From the NCBI GenBank assembly GCA_050943615.1, contig JBMNPN010000004.1, positions 1-59,010 on the forward strand: 59,010 nt of DNA, in the 5' to 3' direction. This document shows positions 1 through 9,463 of the stretch, one piece after another; the stretch's first letter is position 1, and every line of letters begins with the position of its first letter. Source of the DNA: Coriobacteriales bacterium (GTDB taxonomy: Bacteria; Actinomycetota; Coriobacteriia; Coriobacteriales; QAMH01). The notes beneath the pieces are model-generated. The model was given only the letters and a program-made list of their open reading frames with translations, made no database searches and had not been told where the DNA came from. The translations under genes were made by a program, and so were the position numbers.

Positions 1-41
1 GTTTTCGAGACCGCCGCATTCAACCACTCTGCCACCCCTCC
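1..41 (-). tRNA. tRNA-Ser(CGA), 5' half only (cut by the window edge)
   Basis: Reverse complement reads GGAGGGGTGGCAGAGTGGTTGAATGCGGCGGTCTCGAAAAC: acceptor strand, D-loop with GG, and anticodon loop CT-CGA-AA. Confidence 0.85.
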
Positions 42-72
42 GCGAGGCAGCCCGAAGCGGGCGCGTTGCAAG

Positions 73-78
73 ATTATA
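73..78 (-). promoter_or_regulatory. Candidate -10 box (TATAAT) for tRNA-Ser
   Basis: Exact TATAAT on the minus strand about 30 nt upstream of the tRNA 5' end. Confidence 0.45.
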
Positions 79-217
79 ACGCACACGGCTCGCATGAAAA
101 GCCCTGCTTTGGGGGTAAAATTCTCTTACAGTTTCGCGTCGAGCCGTCCGCAAGTTCCACTGCAAGCCAGGCGCAAAGGTGGAAATACCGGCAATTGCAG
201 TGGCGCGAAGGGAGATC

Positions 218-1609
218 ATGGCGCGGCGAGAAAAGCGCGACCGGGATTACGTGTTCGCGCAGATGCCCGTTGGGCGAGCGGTTCTGTACCTGGCGGTGCC
301 GACGGTGCTCACCCAGGTCATCTCCATTCTCTACAATCTGGCAGACACCTTCTTCATCGGGCAGCTCTCAGATCCGGTTCTCGTTGCGGCGGTGGGAATC
401 TGCCTTCCGCCCATGATGCTCATGACCGCCTGCGCGAACCTCTTTGGCGTGGGCGCCTCCTCGGTAATCTCACGTGCGCTGGGGGCAGGCGACCAGGAAC
501 GCGCACGCAGCGCCTCGGGCTTCAGCTTCTGGGCGGGCATCCTCCTTGCAGTGGCCTACATCCTGCTCACTACCGTGTTCCGGCAGGACTTCGTCTCGCT
601 CATCGGGGCAACAGAGCAGACGGCCCCTGCGGTCAACACCTACCTCGATTGCACCATGCTCGCCGGCGGCCTGGTCTTCTTCCTGAGCAGCCTGCTCGCG
701 CACTTCACGCGCACGCTCGGAAAATCGCTTGCCGCATCCGTCGGCGTTTCGGTCGGCGCGGTGCTTAACATCGTGCTCGACCCCATCTTCATCTTCGTGT
801 GCGGATGGGGCATCTTCGGCGTCGCGCTCGCCTCGGTCTTAGGTCAGCTGCTCTCGCTTCTCCTGTTCACTGGCTACCTGATCGCAAACAAGGGGTTCGG
901 GATCATCGCCTTGCGTCCGCGTGCCGCCTGCTTTGAAGATGGCATTCCAGCGTCGGTCTTCGGCGTCGGCTTCGTGAGCTTCTGCATGACCGCGCTCGCC
1001 CAGGTCTCGAATGCCGTGGTGAACATCCTCGTCTCCCCGTATGGCGCCGCCTACCTGGCCGCCTCGACGGTCGCTGTCAAGGTGAACATCGCTGTCTTCT
1101 CCCTTACTCAGGGGCTCACCGTCGCTATCCTTCCCCTCATCGGCTTCAACTACTCCGCGCGCAACGCTGCTCGCGTCAAGAAGACGCTTGCCTGCATCGT
1201 GGGCTTTGCCCACATCGTGTGCGGGGCCTGCGCGGTGCTCACGGCGACCTTCTCGGATGCCATCACCGCCTTCTTCATCGACGACGAGCAGACCATCGCC
1301 TGCGCAAGGAGCTATCTTTTCGCCGTCTCCTTGTGCATGGTGCCCGCCTCGCTCGTGTTCGTCGCGACGACGTTTCTGCAGGCAACAGGCGAAAAGAAGC
1401 GCCCGCTCATCCTGGCGTTCACGCGCATGGGGACGGTCGACGTCGTGTTCATGGTCATCTGCAATATGGTGTTGGGAGCTCCTGGCGTGCTCTTCGGAAA
1501 GCCGATAGCAGATTGGCTCTGTGTTATCACGGCCTGTCTTGTCATCGCCAATCTGAAAAGGCACCGTCCGCTCTTTGCCGCACCTCAAGAGCAGGAGCGC
1601 ACAGCTTAA
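218..1609 (+). CDS. MATE family efflux transporter
   Basis: About 12 hydrophobic segments with MATE motifs (LYNLADTFFIG, LNIVLDPIFIF, GIFGVALAS). ATG 218 follows AAGGGAG; the ORF track starts at 179. Confidence 0.92.
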   Translation: MARREKRDRDYVFAQMPVGRAVLYLAVPTVLTQVISILYNLADTFFIGQLSDPVLVAAVGICLPPMMLMTACANLFGVGASSVISRALGAGDQERARSASGFSFWAGILLAVAYILLTTVFRQDFVSLIGATEQTAPAVNTYLDCTMLAGGLVFFLSSLLAHFTRTLGKSLAASVGVSVGAVLNIVLDPIFIFVCGWGIFGVALASVLGQLLSLLLFTGYLIANKGFGIIALRPRAACFEDGIPASVFGVGFVSFCMTALAQVSNAVVNILVSPYGAAYLAASTVAVKVNIAVFSLTQGLTVAILPLIGFNYSARNAARVKKTLACIVGFAHIVCGACAVLTATFSDAITAFFIDDEQTIACARSYLFAVSLCMVPASLVFVATTFLQATGEKKRPLILAFTRMGTVDVVFMVICNMVLGAPGVLFGKPIADWLCVITACLVIANLKRHRPLFAAPQEQERTA

Positions 1610-1813
1610 AGATGCGACGGCGTCAATTGCTACTCGACGGCAGAGAAGACTTGCCCTGTTTCGGGCCTCTGCGCGAACACTTTGCCGGCATGCTGCCAAT
1701 TATCTAGCACGTGCAGCGGTGCGTCTATGTGCTCCGTGCACTTCGGATGCTGGTCATCTGGTAGTATGGCGGGAAAACGACTCAGTTCGGCGCAATGCAT
1801 AAAGGAGCGGCAT

Positions 1814-2374
1814 ATGGCTCAGCAAAACCTCGAGATGGACGATATCCTCGAACGCATCACGTTCTACTGTCTCGACGAGGCGAAAAAGAAGCTCGAGGCA
1901 GGCGAGGAGTGCACGCCGTTCACGGCCGTGGTCTCAGACGACCAAATGTACCTCGAGAACTACCCGGGCGACGATGTCATGCGCTGCCGCGCGGACGCGG
2001 AGGCAAACGTCAAGTCCTCGAGCACGTTTTCCACCCACTACGCGTTCTGCTATGACGGCTTTCTCATGACCGACGACGGCCAGATCGACTCGCTCATCGT
2101 CGAATGCGCCACGCGCGATATGGAAAAGGCCTATGTGATCGGGGTCATCTACAAGAAGAACGAGAGCGGCGAGCTCGAGTTCGCGGACACCCCCGCCCTC
2201 CTCGACCAGACCGAATCGTTTTACGACCGTGCCGCGGTCAATGCCGCAAAGGAGCTCGAGCGCGTCAAGGCGGGAGACAATCTCGACATGGACGCCGCCC
2301 AGGAGATGCTCAAGCGAAATCTTGGAGATTCCGAAGACGGGGCAGCAGACGACGAGAAGGAAGCGCAGGAATAG
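1814..2374 (+). CDS. Hypothetical acidic protein, paralog of 36547..36948
   Basis: AAAGGAG RBS before ATG 1814, strong GC3 bias, and 3 nt spacing to the next gene. Confidence 0.8.
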   Translation: MAQQNLEMDDILERITFYCLDEAKKKLEAGEECTPFTAVVSDDQMYLENYPGDDVMRCRADAEANVKSSSTFSTHYAFCYDGFLMTDDGQIDSLIVECATRDMEKAYVIGVIYKKNESGELEFADTPALLDQTESFYDRAAVNAAKELERVKAGDNLDMDAAQEMLKRNLGDSEDGAADDEKEAQE

Positions 2375-2377
2375 ACG

Positions 2378-3196
2378 ATGGATCAGTTCGTCGACTGGAA
2401 CCAGATGTGGAAAGAGGCGCAGGAGCTCAGGCGCCGATCGGATGATGCGGGGTATTGGGACAAGCGCGCCCCGAGCTTTGCGAAGACCGCGGGCACCTCT
2501 CCCTACGCACGGACGTTTCTCGAACGGGCAAAGCTCGTCGAGGGCGATACCGTCTTTGACATGGGCTGTGGGTCGGGTACGCTCGCCTTGCCCCTGGCGC
2601 GCGCTGGCTACGAGGTCTATGCGGCGGATTTCTCCTCCGTGATGATCGAGATCATGATGAAGCGTGCCGTCGATGAGGGCATCGAGCAGCGCATTCACAC
2701 CATCAATCTGTCCTGGGACGAGGATTGGGATGCACGCGACCTTCCCATCTGCGATGTCGCCTTCGCCTCGCGCTCGATTGCGACCGGCGACATGCAGCGT
2801 TCGCTCGAGCGGCTCGATTCAAGGGCGCGCCGCCGCGTGTGCGTGACCTTTGCAGCGGGCGAGTCCCCCCGCGAAGACGAGGTGCTTCTCGAGGTCATGG
2901 GCCGCAAGCGCACGTTCTACCCCGATTACGTGTTCGGCATGAACATCCTGTGGTCGATGGGCATCCTTCCCGACCTGAGCTATATCGTGAGCGCGCGCGA
3001 CGATGAGTTCGAGAGCTTCGATGAGGCCATCGAGAAGACCTGCACGGTGTCGCAGGCAAGTCCCGAGGAGCGGGAGCGTCTGGTGGCGTATGCAAAAGAG
3101 CACCTGCTCTTGCACGAGCACGATGACGGGAGCCAGGGTTGGGCGTTCGACCATGTGCGAAAGACCGTCTGGGCGTTTGCGAGCTGGGACAAGTAG
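2378..3196 (+). CDS. Class I SAM-dependent methyltransferase
   Basis: Motif I VFDMGCGSGTL, followed by VYAADFS and DVAFASRS. Confidence 0.9.
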   Translation: MDQFVDWNQMWKEAQELRRRSDDAGYWDKRAPSFAKTAGTSPYARTFLERAKLVEGDTVFDMGCGSGTLALPLARAGYEVYAADFSSVMIEIMMKRAVDEGIEQRIHTINLSWDEDWDARDLPICDVAFASRSIATGDMQRSLERLDSRARRRVCVTFAAGESPREDEVLLEVMGRKRTFYPDYVFGMNILWSMGILPDLSYIVSARDDEFESFDEAIEKTCTVSQASPEERERLVAYAKEHLLLHEHDDGSQGWAFDHVRKTVWAFASWDK

Positions 3197-3220
3197 CGCA
3201 CGCGTTTTTCGACTCGCGCC

Positions 3221-3248
3221 TTGTCTGATGCCTGTTTTATGGCATAAT
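3221..3248 (+). promoter_or_regulatory. Sigma70-type promoter for tRNA-Glu
   Basis: TTGTCT-N16-CATAAT with an extended TG, ending 12 nt before the tRNA. Confidence 0.55.
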
Positions 3249-3260
3249 GTGCGAGCCGTT

Positions 3261-3336
3261 GTCCCCATCGTCTAGCGGTTAGGACGCCGCCCCTTCAAGG
3301 CGGAGATCGCGGGTTCGAATCCCGCTGGGGGCACCA
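3261..3336 (+). tRNA. tRNA-Glu (anticodon TTC, atypical C33)
   Basis: Full cloverleaf: GTCCCCA/TGGGGGC acceptor stem, CCGCC/GGCGG anticodon stem with loop CCTTCAA, GGTTCGAATCC T-arm, encoded CCA. Confidence 0.92.
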
Positions 3337-3348
3337 ACGAGCAATGCG

Positions 3349-3381
3349 AGGGCCGGGCGATGGATGCGCCTGGCCCTTTTT
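3349..3381 (+). terminator. Intrinsic terminator after tRNA-Glu
   Basis: AGGGCCGGGCG/CGCCTGGCCCT hairpin followed by a T run. Confidence 0.75.
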
Positions 3382-3459
3382 GCTGCTCGTGTCTGCGGTA
3401 TCGGGATATGGGTGTACCGTTTGACGATAAGCAGGTGTCTACTGAGAGGAAGGGTTCCC

Positions 3460-4293
3460 ATGAGCAATGAGACCACGACGAAAGCGCAGGTTGTCGAGGC
3501 GGCAGAGGCCATACGCGCGCTTGTGGGAGACCAGCTCGTCGACATCGCGCTCGTTTTGGGCTCGGGGCTGGGGGGACTTGCCGAGCTGGTCGAAGACCCC
3601 ATTGCCGTCCCCTATGCCGAGGTACCCCATATGGCGCAGTCGACCGCTCCCGGCCATGAGGGGCGCTTCCTCTTCGGCACGCTCAACGGCAAGCGGGTGG
3701 CCTGCATGCAGGGGCGTCTGCATGCATACGAGGGCTACTCTGCCGCTCAGATCGCCTTTCCCATCTACCTGCTTCACGAGCTGGGTGCAGAAAAGCTCAT
3801 CGTCACCAACGCGGCCGGCGGCATCGACCCCGCCTTCGAGGTCGGCGACCTCATGCTCATCGACGACCAGATCAACTTTCTCGGCATGGACCCCTGCCTG
3901 GGGCCCGACCAGCCCGACCTGCACGCCCGCTTCTTCGACATGACGAACGCCTATGACGTGGAGTTCCGCAAGCTCGCGCGCGTGATTGCCGTCGAACAGG
4001 GCACGCGTCTGCGCGAAGGCGTCTACCTGGCCGAACCCGGACCCTCCTTCGAGACCCCTGCGGAGATTCGCGCGTTTGCCGCTCTCGGTGCCGATGCTGT
4101 CGGCATGTCGACGGTGCTCGAGGTCATTGCCGCCAGGTCAATCGAGATGCGGGTCCTGGGCATCTCGCTCATCTCGAATCCGGCGGCCGGCGTGACGGAC
4201 ACGCCGGTAGATGTCGACGACGTCAACCGTGCGGCGGCGGAGGCGGCAGGAAAGCTCCAGGAGCTCGTCGAGAGCTTTGTTTTGCGCGTCTAG
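3460..4293 (+). CDS. punA: Purine-nucleoside phosphorylase (trimeric PNP family)
   Basis: LVLGSGLG, GRLHAYEG, TNAAGG, GPSFETPAE, DAVGMSTVLE motifs. Confidence 0.93.
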   Translation: MSNETTTKAQVVEAAEAIRALVGDQLVDIALVLGSGLGGLAELVEDPIAVPYAEVPHMAQSTAPGHEGRFLFGTLNGKRVACMQGRLHAYEGYSAAQIAFPIYLLHELGAEKLIVTNAAGGIDPAFEVGDLMLIDDQINFLGMDPCLGPDQPDLHARFFDMTNAYDVEFRKLARVIAVEQGTRLREGVYLAEPGPSFETPAEIRAFAALGADAVGMSTVLEVIAARSIEMRVLGISLISNPAAGVTDTPVDVDDVNRAAAEAAGKLQELVESFVLRV

Positions 4294-4453
4294 AGAGCGC
4301 ATAGCAGGTGACGGGAACGTCACGTTTCGGCAACGCGACCGTTTACAGACATCAGGCGGAAAGTTTCGCACTACCATGGAGCAAGGTTATAATCCATGAC
4401 AAGGACACGCGTGCTCTTGTAGCATAATCGTATCCCCAAAGGAGGTGCACGCT

Positions 4454-4981
4454 ATGATCATGGTAAGCATCGAATCACTGGTAATCAGTCTCATGCCCGC
4501 GCCCTCCATCCTGACGCTCAAACCCAACGAGCATCGCGACGGGATCCCGGAGGACCAGATTCTTCCAATCTGGATTGGCTCGATGGAATCGACGGCGATC
4601 GCGGCGGCCCTCGAGGACAAGAACACCGAGCGCCCGCTCACGCACCAGCTCGCGCTCGACCTCGTCAGCTCGGTCGGCGGCTCCATCAGCCGCGTCGTCA
4701 TCGACCGTGTCGAGGGAACCGTCTTCTTCGCGACGATTTACGTGCGCTGCCCCAACGGCATGTTCACCCGTGTCGACGCACGTCCGAGCGATGCCATCGC
4801 TCTGGCCATTCGCGCCAATGTGCCGCTTTTCGTGGAAGAGGACGTCTTTCGCGCGGCAGCCTGCCCGCGCTCGTTCACGCCGGGGCAAGACGAGCGCATC
4901 GAGCTCGAGGAGTTCGACAAGTTCATCGAGCACGTCGAGCCGGAAGACTTCGTCTCGCACGAGAACCCGGACAACGGGTAG
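4454..4981 (+). CDS. Bifunctional nuclease family protein (DUF151)
   Basis: LPIWIG, RPLTHQL, DARPSDAIALA motifs; AAGGAGG RBS. Confidence 0.92.
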   Translation: MIMVSIESLVISLMPAPSILTLKPNEHRDGIPEDQILPIWIGSMESTAIAAALEDKNTERPLTHQLALDLVSSVGGSISRVVIDRVEGTVFFATIYVRCPNGMFTRVDARPSDAIALAIRANVPLFVEEDVFRAAACPRSFTPGQDERIELEEFDKFIEHVEPEDFVSHENPDNG

Positions 4982-5005
4982 ATTTTCAGCACTTCGTATC
5001 TTTAA

Positions 5006-5050
5006 CGAGAGGACCCGGCACGACTTCCAAGGTCGTGCCGGGTCCTCTCG
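5006..5050. terminator. Perfect 19-bp inverted repeat between convergent genes; probable bidirectional terminator
   Basis: CGAGAGGACCCGGCACGAC-N7-GTCGTGCCGGGTCCTCTCG lies between the DUF151 and dinG stop codons. Confidence 0.75.
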
Positions 5051-5063
5051 TATATAGGGCGCC

Positions 5064-7958
5064 CTAGCTGGGCCTGCCCGGTTTTTCGCTTGCGAGGGTC
5101 TCCGCGATCTCCTCGCTCGTCATGGTGCGGATGTCGGTTGTCGGCATGGCCTTCAGGAACTGCGACCCGTAACGGCGCGTCTGCAGGCGCGCATCGGCGA
5201 GGATAATCCAGCCGCTGTCCGTCGAGCTGCGGATGAGGCGCCCGCAGGCCTGCTTGAGGTCCTTGATAGCCTCGGGCAAGGAATAGCGCCTCCAAGCGGC
5301 GCGCGATTCGCGATTCTCGCGTTCGCGGGCGATGGGGTCGTTGGGACGCCCGAAGGGAAGTTTGGGGATGACGACGCAGCGCAGCGTGTCCCCCGGTGCA
5401 TCGAAGCCCTCCCAAAACGATTTCAGCGCGAATAGGGATAGCTCTCGTTCCTGCAAGAATCGATCGCGCAGCGCCTTCGTGCTGTTCGTGCGCAACTGGG
5501 CTGCCAAGTCTATGCCCTCGGCGGCGAGTTTGGGCTTGAGCAGGCGGTACTGCTCTTCCATCTCGCGGCGGTTCGTGAACAGCGTCAGCACCGATCCGCC
5601 CATGGCCACATGGACCTGGAAGAGCAGGTCGGCGAGGGCGTCGCGGTAGGCACGGTCGTTGGGCTCGGGGATGTCATCGGGAAGCAGGATGCTCATGTTG
5701 TGTTCGAAGTCGTAGCTCGAGGAAAGCGACACGCACCTCACGCGGTCTTTCTCGACGCGGTCGAGTCCCGTGGTGTGCAGGAAGTGCGCGAACGGGTCTT
5801 TTCCCGATCCGGTAGACAACGTCGCGGAGGTATAGACGACGGTTTTGAGCGCGGGGTAGAAGCTGTCAGCAAGCGTTTTTCCGATGTCGAGTTTCTGCGC
5901 GGTGAGCGTCTCGGTCGTGCGCTCTTTTGCCGCGCGCACCTCGACGGAGTAGACGTAGGAATCGTCGGTACCGTCGAGTACGAGCGAAAGGGCCTGACCC
6001 ATTTCCGAAAGCCTGCTGGTCGTCGCGGCTATCTCTGCCTCCTGGCTAGAAAACGAGCCCTCGAACTGCTCGAGCATAGAGGAGAGGTCGTTCAGGCGCT
6101 TGATGAGTCCGTCGAGCTTCTCCAGCAGCGTGCGCCCCGGTTGCACGAGGCGCTGCCACAGGGCGCCTTCGCGCAGCTCGCCCCCAATCCACAAGGTGCT
6201 CGTCCCGAAGGACCCGCCGTCTTCTGAGGCGAGGTCCTCGACGTAGGTGAAGAACATATCCGCGCACTCGATGAGCTGGTCTGCGCGCGTGTCGATGTCG
6301 ACGCAGACGCCGTAGAGCATGTCCCCGCCCTCCTCTGCGTCCGCTTTGCGCCGGATGGCGGCTGTGAGCCCGTTGCGCGTGCCCGTGATGCGACGCAAGG
6401 TGAACTCGAGGTCGCGCGACCCGATGGAGACGGAAAGCTGGCGACGTGCCTCGGATTCGACCGAATGCGCCTCGTCGATGACCCAGTGGCGGATGTGGGG
6501 GAGGATGCCGTTGTCCATCTGCAGGTCGCGAAAGAGCAGTGCATGGTTGGTGACGATGATATCGGCGCCCGTGGCAAAGCGCCGCAGCCCGTGGAGATAG
6601 CAGCGCTTGGGAAAGAACGGGCAGCGCTTCTTCAGGCAGTCGTTGGGGTTGGCGCGCACGGCCGTCTGCGGAAGGCCGGCCCAGTGGATGTTGAGGGCGT
6701 CGAGGTCGCCCCAGCTGGTCTGCGCGGTGAAGCCGGCGAGCGTCGCGATCATCTGTATGGCATCGACGTCGAGGTCGTCGCGGCGCGCCGCCTGCTCGAT
6801 CTTTCGCAGGCAGGGGTAGTGCTCATAGCCCTTCAAGGCGACGTAGTCGAGGTCGCCCCAGACGCGCTTCAGCCGCGGGAGCTCCTGGTAGACGAGCTGG
6901 TCCATCAACGTGTTCGTCTTCGTGGCGATGCCCACGGGTACGGCGTTTCTCGTCGCGAAGTGCGCACAGGGGATCAGGTAGGCCATCGATTTTCCGACGC
7001 CGGTGCCGGCCTCGATCACGCTGAAGCTCTCGTCGCGCAGGGCGTCGTTCACCTCGAGCGCCATCTGGACCTGCTCTTCGCGCTGCTCGTAGTTGGTATA
7101 CATCTGCCCGGCGAGGCCTTCGCTCGAAAGGTCGTTTCTGATGACCTCGTCGGTGCAATGGAAAAGCGGGATCTCGTCTGCATCGTACTTCTCCTTGGAG
7201 GCGTGGTCGCGAATGCGCAGGTCGCGGGATTGCCGAAACGAGAGGTAGGTGCCGGAGAGGGCATCGGCTGCCTCCGAGAAGAGCTTGCGCAACGGCCAGT
7301 CGGTCTCGGGGGAGAGGTCGGCGATGTAGCGCGCGAGTCCGGGCTCGAGCGCCTGCAGGCCGCGCAAAAGGATCTGCCAAAGGCCCACCGTCGCCTCGAC
7401 GTCGTCGTCGGCGCGGTGCGTGGAGGAGTGAAGCGTATAGGCGCATGCCAGGTCGTGTAGCCTATGCGACCTGAAGCGCGGCAGCACGATCTGCGAGAGC
7501 GTGAGCGAGTCGAGCCAGTCGCCCTTGAGCATGCCCGGGCGGGCCTGGCGCATGATAAAGGAGCGATCGAAGGCGGCGTTGTGGGCGACGAGGTCGTCGT
7601 CTTGCGCGAACTCGGCGAACGCGGCCACCGCCTCTTCGGGCGAGGGGGCGTCTTTCACGTCGGCGTTCGTGATACTCGTGAGCTCTTCGATCTCTGAGGG
7701 AATCGAGCGGCCCGGGTCCACGAAGGTGTCGAAGCGCTCGATGACGTCGTTTCCGCGCACGCGGGCCGCGGCGATCTCGATGAGGGCGCAGCGCGCGGGG
7801 TCGAAGCCCGTGGTCTCGGTGTCGACGACGATGTAGTCACGCTCGATGAGGGAAGGAGCGGTGAAGCGCTCCGGGTCGGCGAGCGTTAGGTAGGTATCGA
7901 TCACGTCCTCATCGGTACCGGGGATGAGGTAGCGCGCAAGGGTGTCTCTGTCAGCCAT
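5064..7958 (-). CDS. dinG: DnaQ-like 3'-5' exonuclease fused to a DinG-family helicase
   Basis: DEDDh motifs (VVDTETTG, AHNAAFD, HRADDD), Walker A EAGTGVGKS, IDEAH, four Cys in the FeS region, and C-terminal SFWEGFD and QACGRLIRS motifs. Confidence 0.92.
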   Translation of the reverse strand: MADRDTLARYLIPGTDEDVIDTYLTLADPERFTAPSLIERDYIVVDTETTGFDPARCALIEIAAARVRGNDVIERFDTFVDPGRSIPSEIEELTSITNADVKDAPSPEEAVAAFAEFAQDDDLVAHNAAFDRSFIMRQARPGMLKGDWLDSLTLSQIVLPRFRSHRLHDLACAYTLHSSTHRADDDVEATVGLWQILLRGLQALEPGLARYIADLSPETDWPLRKLFSEAADALSGTYLSFRQSRDLRIRDHASKEKYDADEIPLFHCTDEVIRNDLSSEGLAGQMYTNYEQREEQVQMALEVNDALRDESFSVIEAGTGVGKSMAYLIPCAHFATRNAVPVGIATKTNTLMDQLVYQELPRLKRVWGDLDYVALKGYEHYPCLRKIEQAARRDDLDVDAIQMIATLAGFTAQTSWGDLDALNIHWAGLPQTAVRANPNDCLKKRCPFFPKRCYLHGLRRFATGADIIVTNHALLFRDLQMDNGILPHIRHWVIDEAHSVESEARRQLSVSIGSRDLEFTLRRITGTRNGLTAAIRRKADAEEGGDMLYGVCVDIDTRADQLIECADMFFTYVEDLASEDGGSFGTSTLWIGGELREGALWQRLVQPGRTLLEKLDGLIKRLNDLSSMLEQFEGSFSSQEAEIAATTSRLSEMGQALSLVLDGTDDSYVYSVEVRAAKERTTETLTAQKLDIGKTLADSFYPALKTVVYTSATLSTGSGKDPFAHFLHTTGLDRVEKDRVRCVSLSSSYDFEHNMSILLPDDIPEPNDRAYRDALADLLFQVHVAMGGSVLTLFTNRREMEEQYRLLKPKLAAEGIDLAAQLRTNSTKALRDRFLQERELSLFALKSFWEGFDAPGDTLRCVVIPKLPFGRPNDPIARERENRESRAAWRRYSLPEAIKDLKQACGRLIRSSTDSGWIILADARLQTRRYGSQFLKAMPTTDIRTMTSEEIAETLASEKPGRPS

Positions 7959-8407
7959 ATTGCTCCTGGGTAGTCGTATGCGCTACAGACTACCACGCGG
8001 ATGTCTTCGTTGGAGGCTTCGCGCTTGCACATGAAGAAGACGAGCCGAGCGCAAAGTCCATGAGCCCCCTTCGTCTTCCTGCTCGCAGGGCAAGGGCGTC
8101 TTTCCAATACATACTGTTCTACAATGGCGGCGCCTGCCTCACTGGTGGGAGGCCCAGGCTGTTCTATCACACCAAAGCGCTTGTCCGGACTCGTTCCAAG
8201 ACGCTCACGTGCAATGCCCTCACGAAGCTCTGCGGTATCGAGGGCGATCGAGGACATCAACATGTACGTCGCTGCGCAACGTCAGCTTAAGGTGCCGTCG
8301 CCGTGCGTCTCGAGACAATCGCGGCAAGGGGGTGCATTTCTGTTTGCTGTTGGGGTCCTGCGGGCCTTGGAAATTTCAAAGTCTCGATGAAGGGGAACGG
8401 TGCCAAT

Positions 8408-9265
8408 ATGGCAGAGGTTACGGAAGCGGATGTGAGCGTCATCAAGCCCGATTGCAGGTCTGCTCTCGCACTTGAGCAGCAGGCGGAGGACATCGCCGTC
8501 GGCAAGGCGAACAACACGGTCGGGCGCACGTTCGTGCTTGCCATCATGGCGGGCATCATGATCGGAATGGGCGCGCTATTCATGACGTTCGTCAAGGCCG
8601 ACAAGACGCTCGGCTTTGCCGCCTCGAGTATCTTGGGCGGTCTGTGCTTTTCGCTTGGCCTGATGTGCGTCATCATCGCCGGCTCCGAGCTGTTCACCGG
8701 AAACTGCCTCATGGTAATCGCCGCCGGAAGCAAGCGCATCTCCTGGGGCGCGGTGGTGAAGAACTGGGTGACGGTCTGGATCGGCAACTTCGCAGGATCG
8801 CTCATCTTGGTCGGCATCGTCTTTGGCTGCGGGCTGATGGGGACGCAAGCGGGAGATAACACGATCGGGGCGCAGATGGTCTCCGTGGCTTCGGGCAAGA
8901 TCGGCCTCGATCCCTCGCAGATATTCTTCCGCGGCATCATGTGCAACCTTCTCGTGTGCCTGGCCGTCTGGATGGGCTTTGCCGGCCGTACCGTGATCGA
9001 TAAGGTCTTCACCTCGATTTTCCCGGTCATGGCCTTTGTCGCCATGGGCTTCGAGCACTGCGTGGCGAACATGTTCTTCCTTCCCATGGGAGTCATCGCC
9101 TCTCAGAGCGGCTACGGCGCAGTCGTGCTCACTTGGGGTGGCGTGTTCTACAACATCGGATTTGCCACGTTGGGAAACATCGTCGGAGGCGCCGTGTTCG
9201 TGGGGCTGATCTACTGGCTTGCCTACCATAAGAAGGAAAGCGGCGACGTGGAGGCTGCGCGGTAG
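8408..9265 (+). CDS. Formate/nitrite transporter (FNT, FocA-like)
   Basis: GSELFTGN, GIMCNLLVCLAVW, GFEHCVANMF and GNIVGG motifs; ATG 8408 follows AAGGGGA. Confidence 0.93.
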   Translation: MAEVTEADVSVIKPDCRSALALEQQAEDIAVGKANNTVGRTFVLAIMAGIMIGMGALFMTFVKADKTLGFAASSILGGLCFSLGLMCVIIAGSELFTGNCLMVIAAGSKRISWGAVVKNWVTVWIGNFAGSLILVGIVFGCGLMGTQAGDNTIGAQMVSVASGKIGLDPSQIFFRGIMCNLLVCLAVWMGFAGRTVIDKVFTSIFPVMAFVAMGFEHCVANMFFLPMGVIASQSGYGAVVLTWGGVFYNIGFATLGNIVGGAVFVGLIYWLAYHKKESGDVEAAR

Positions 9266-9463
9266 CCCGTCTTGGAGGCGGACAGTTTGAAAATCGCGGG
9301 AAAGAGCGGTGCGCATTGAAGAAGGCGTGCCGTCGCTGTCCGCAAATCCGATCCTTCATTTTGACGGTTTGGCGAACATGCGTCCCTGCCCGTTCGCGCC
9401 GCGCGCTTCGCGGTATATGCTTTTTGCCGCATGTTTTCCAACGCAATGGCATGAAGAGGGCAC

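Noticed and set aside
3292-3299. Reading the tRNA at 3261 as a UCA (Sec or opal suppressor) tRNA
   Set aside because: That register disrupts the anticodon stem, and the tRNA lacks the long variable arm and extended acceptor stem of tRNA-Sec.
8124-8390. 88-aa ORF upstream of the FNT gene
   Set aside because: Its ATG overlaps the candidate -10 box, it has no RBS, and the composition is not protein-like.
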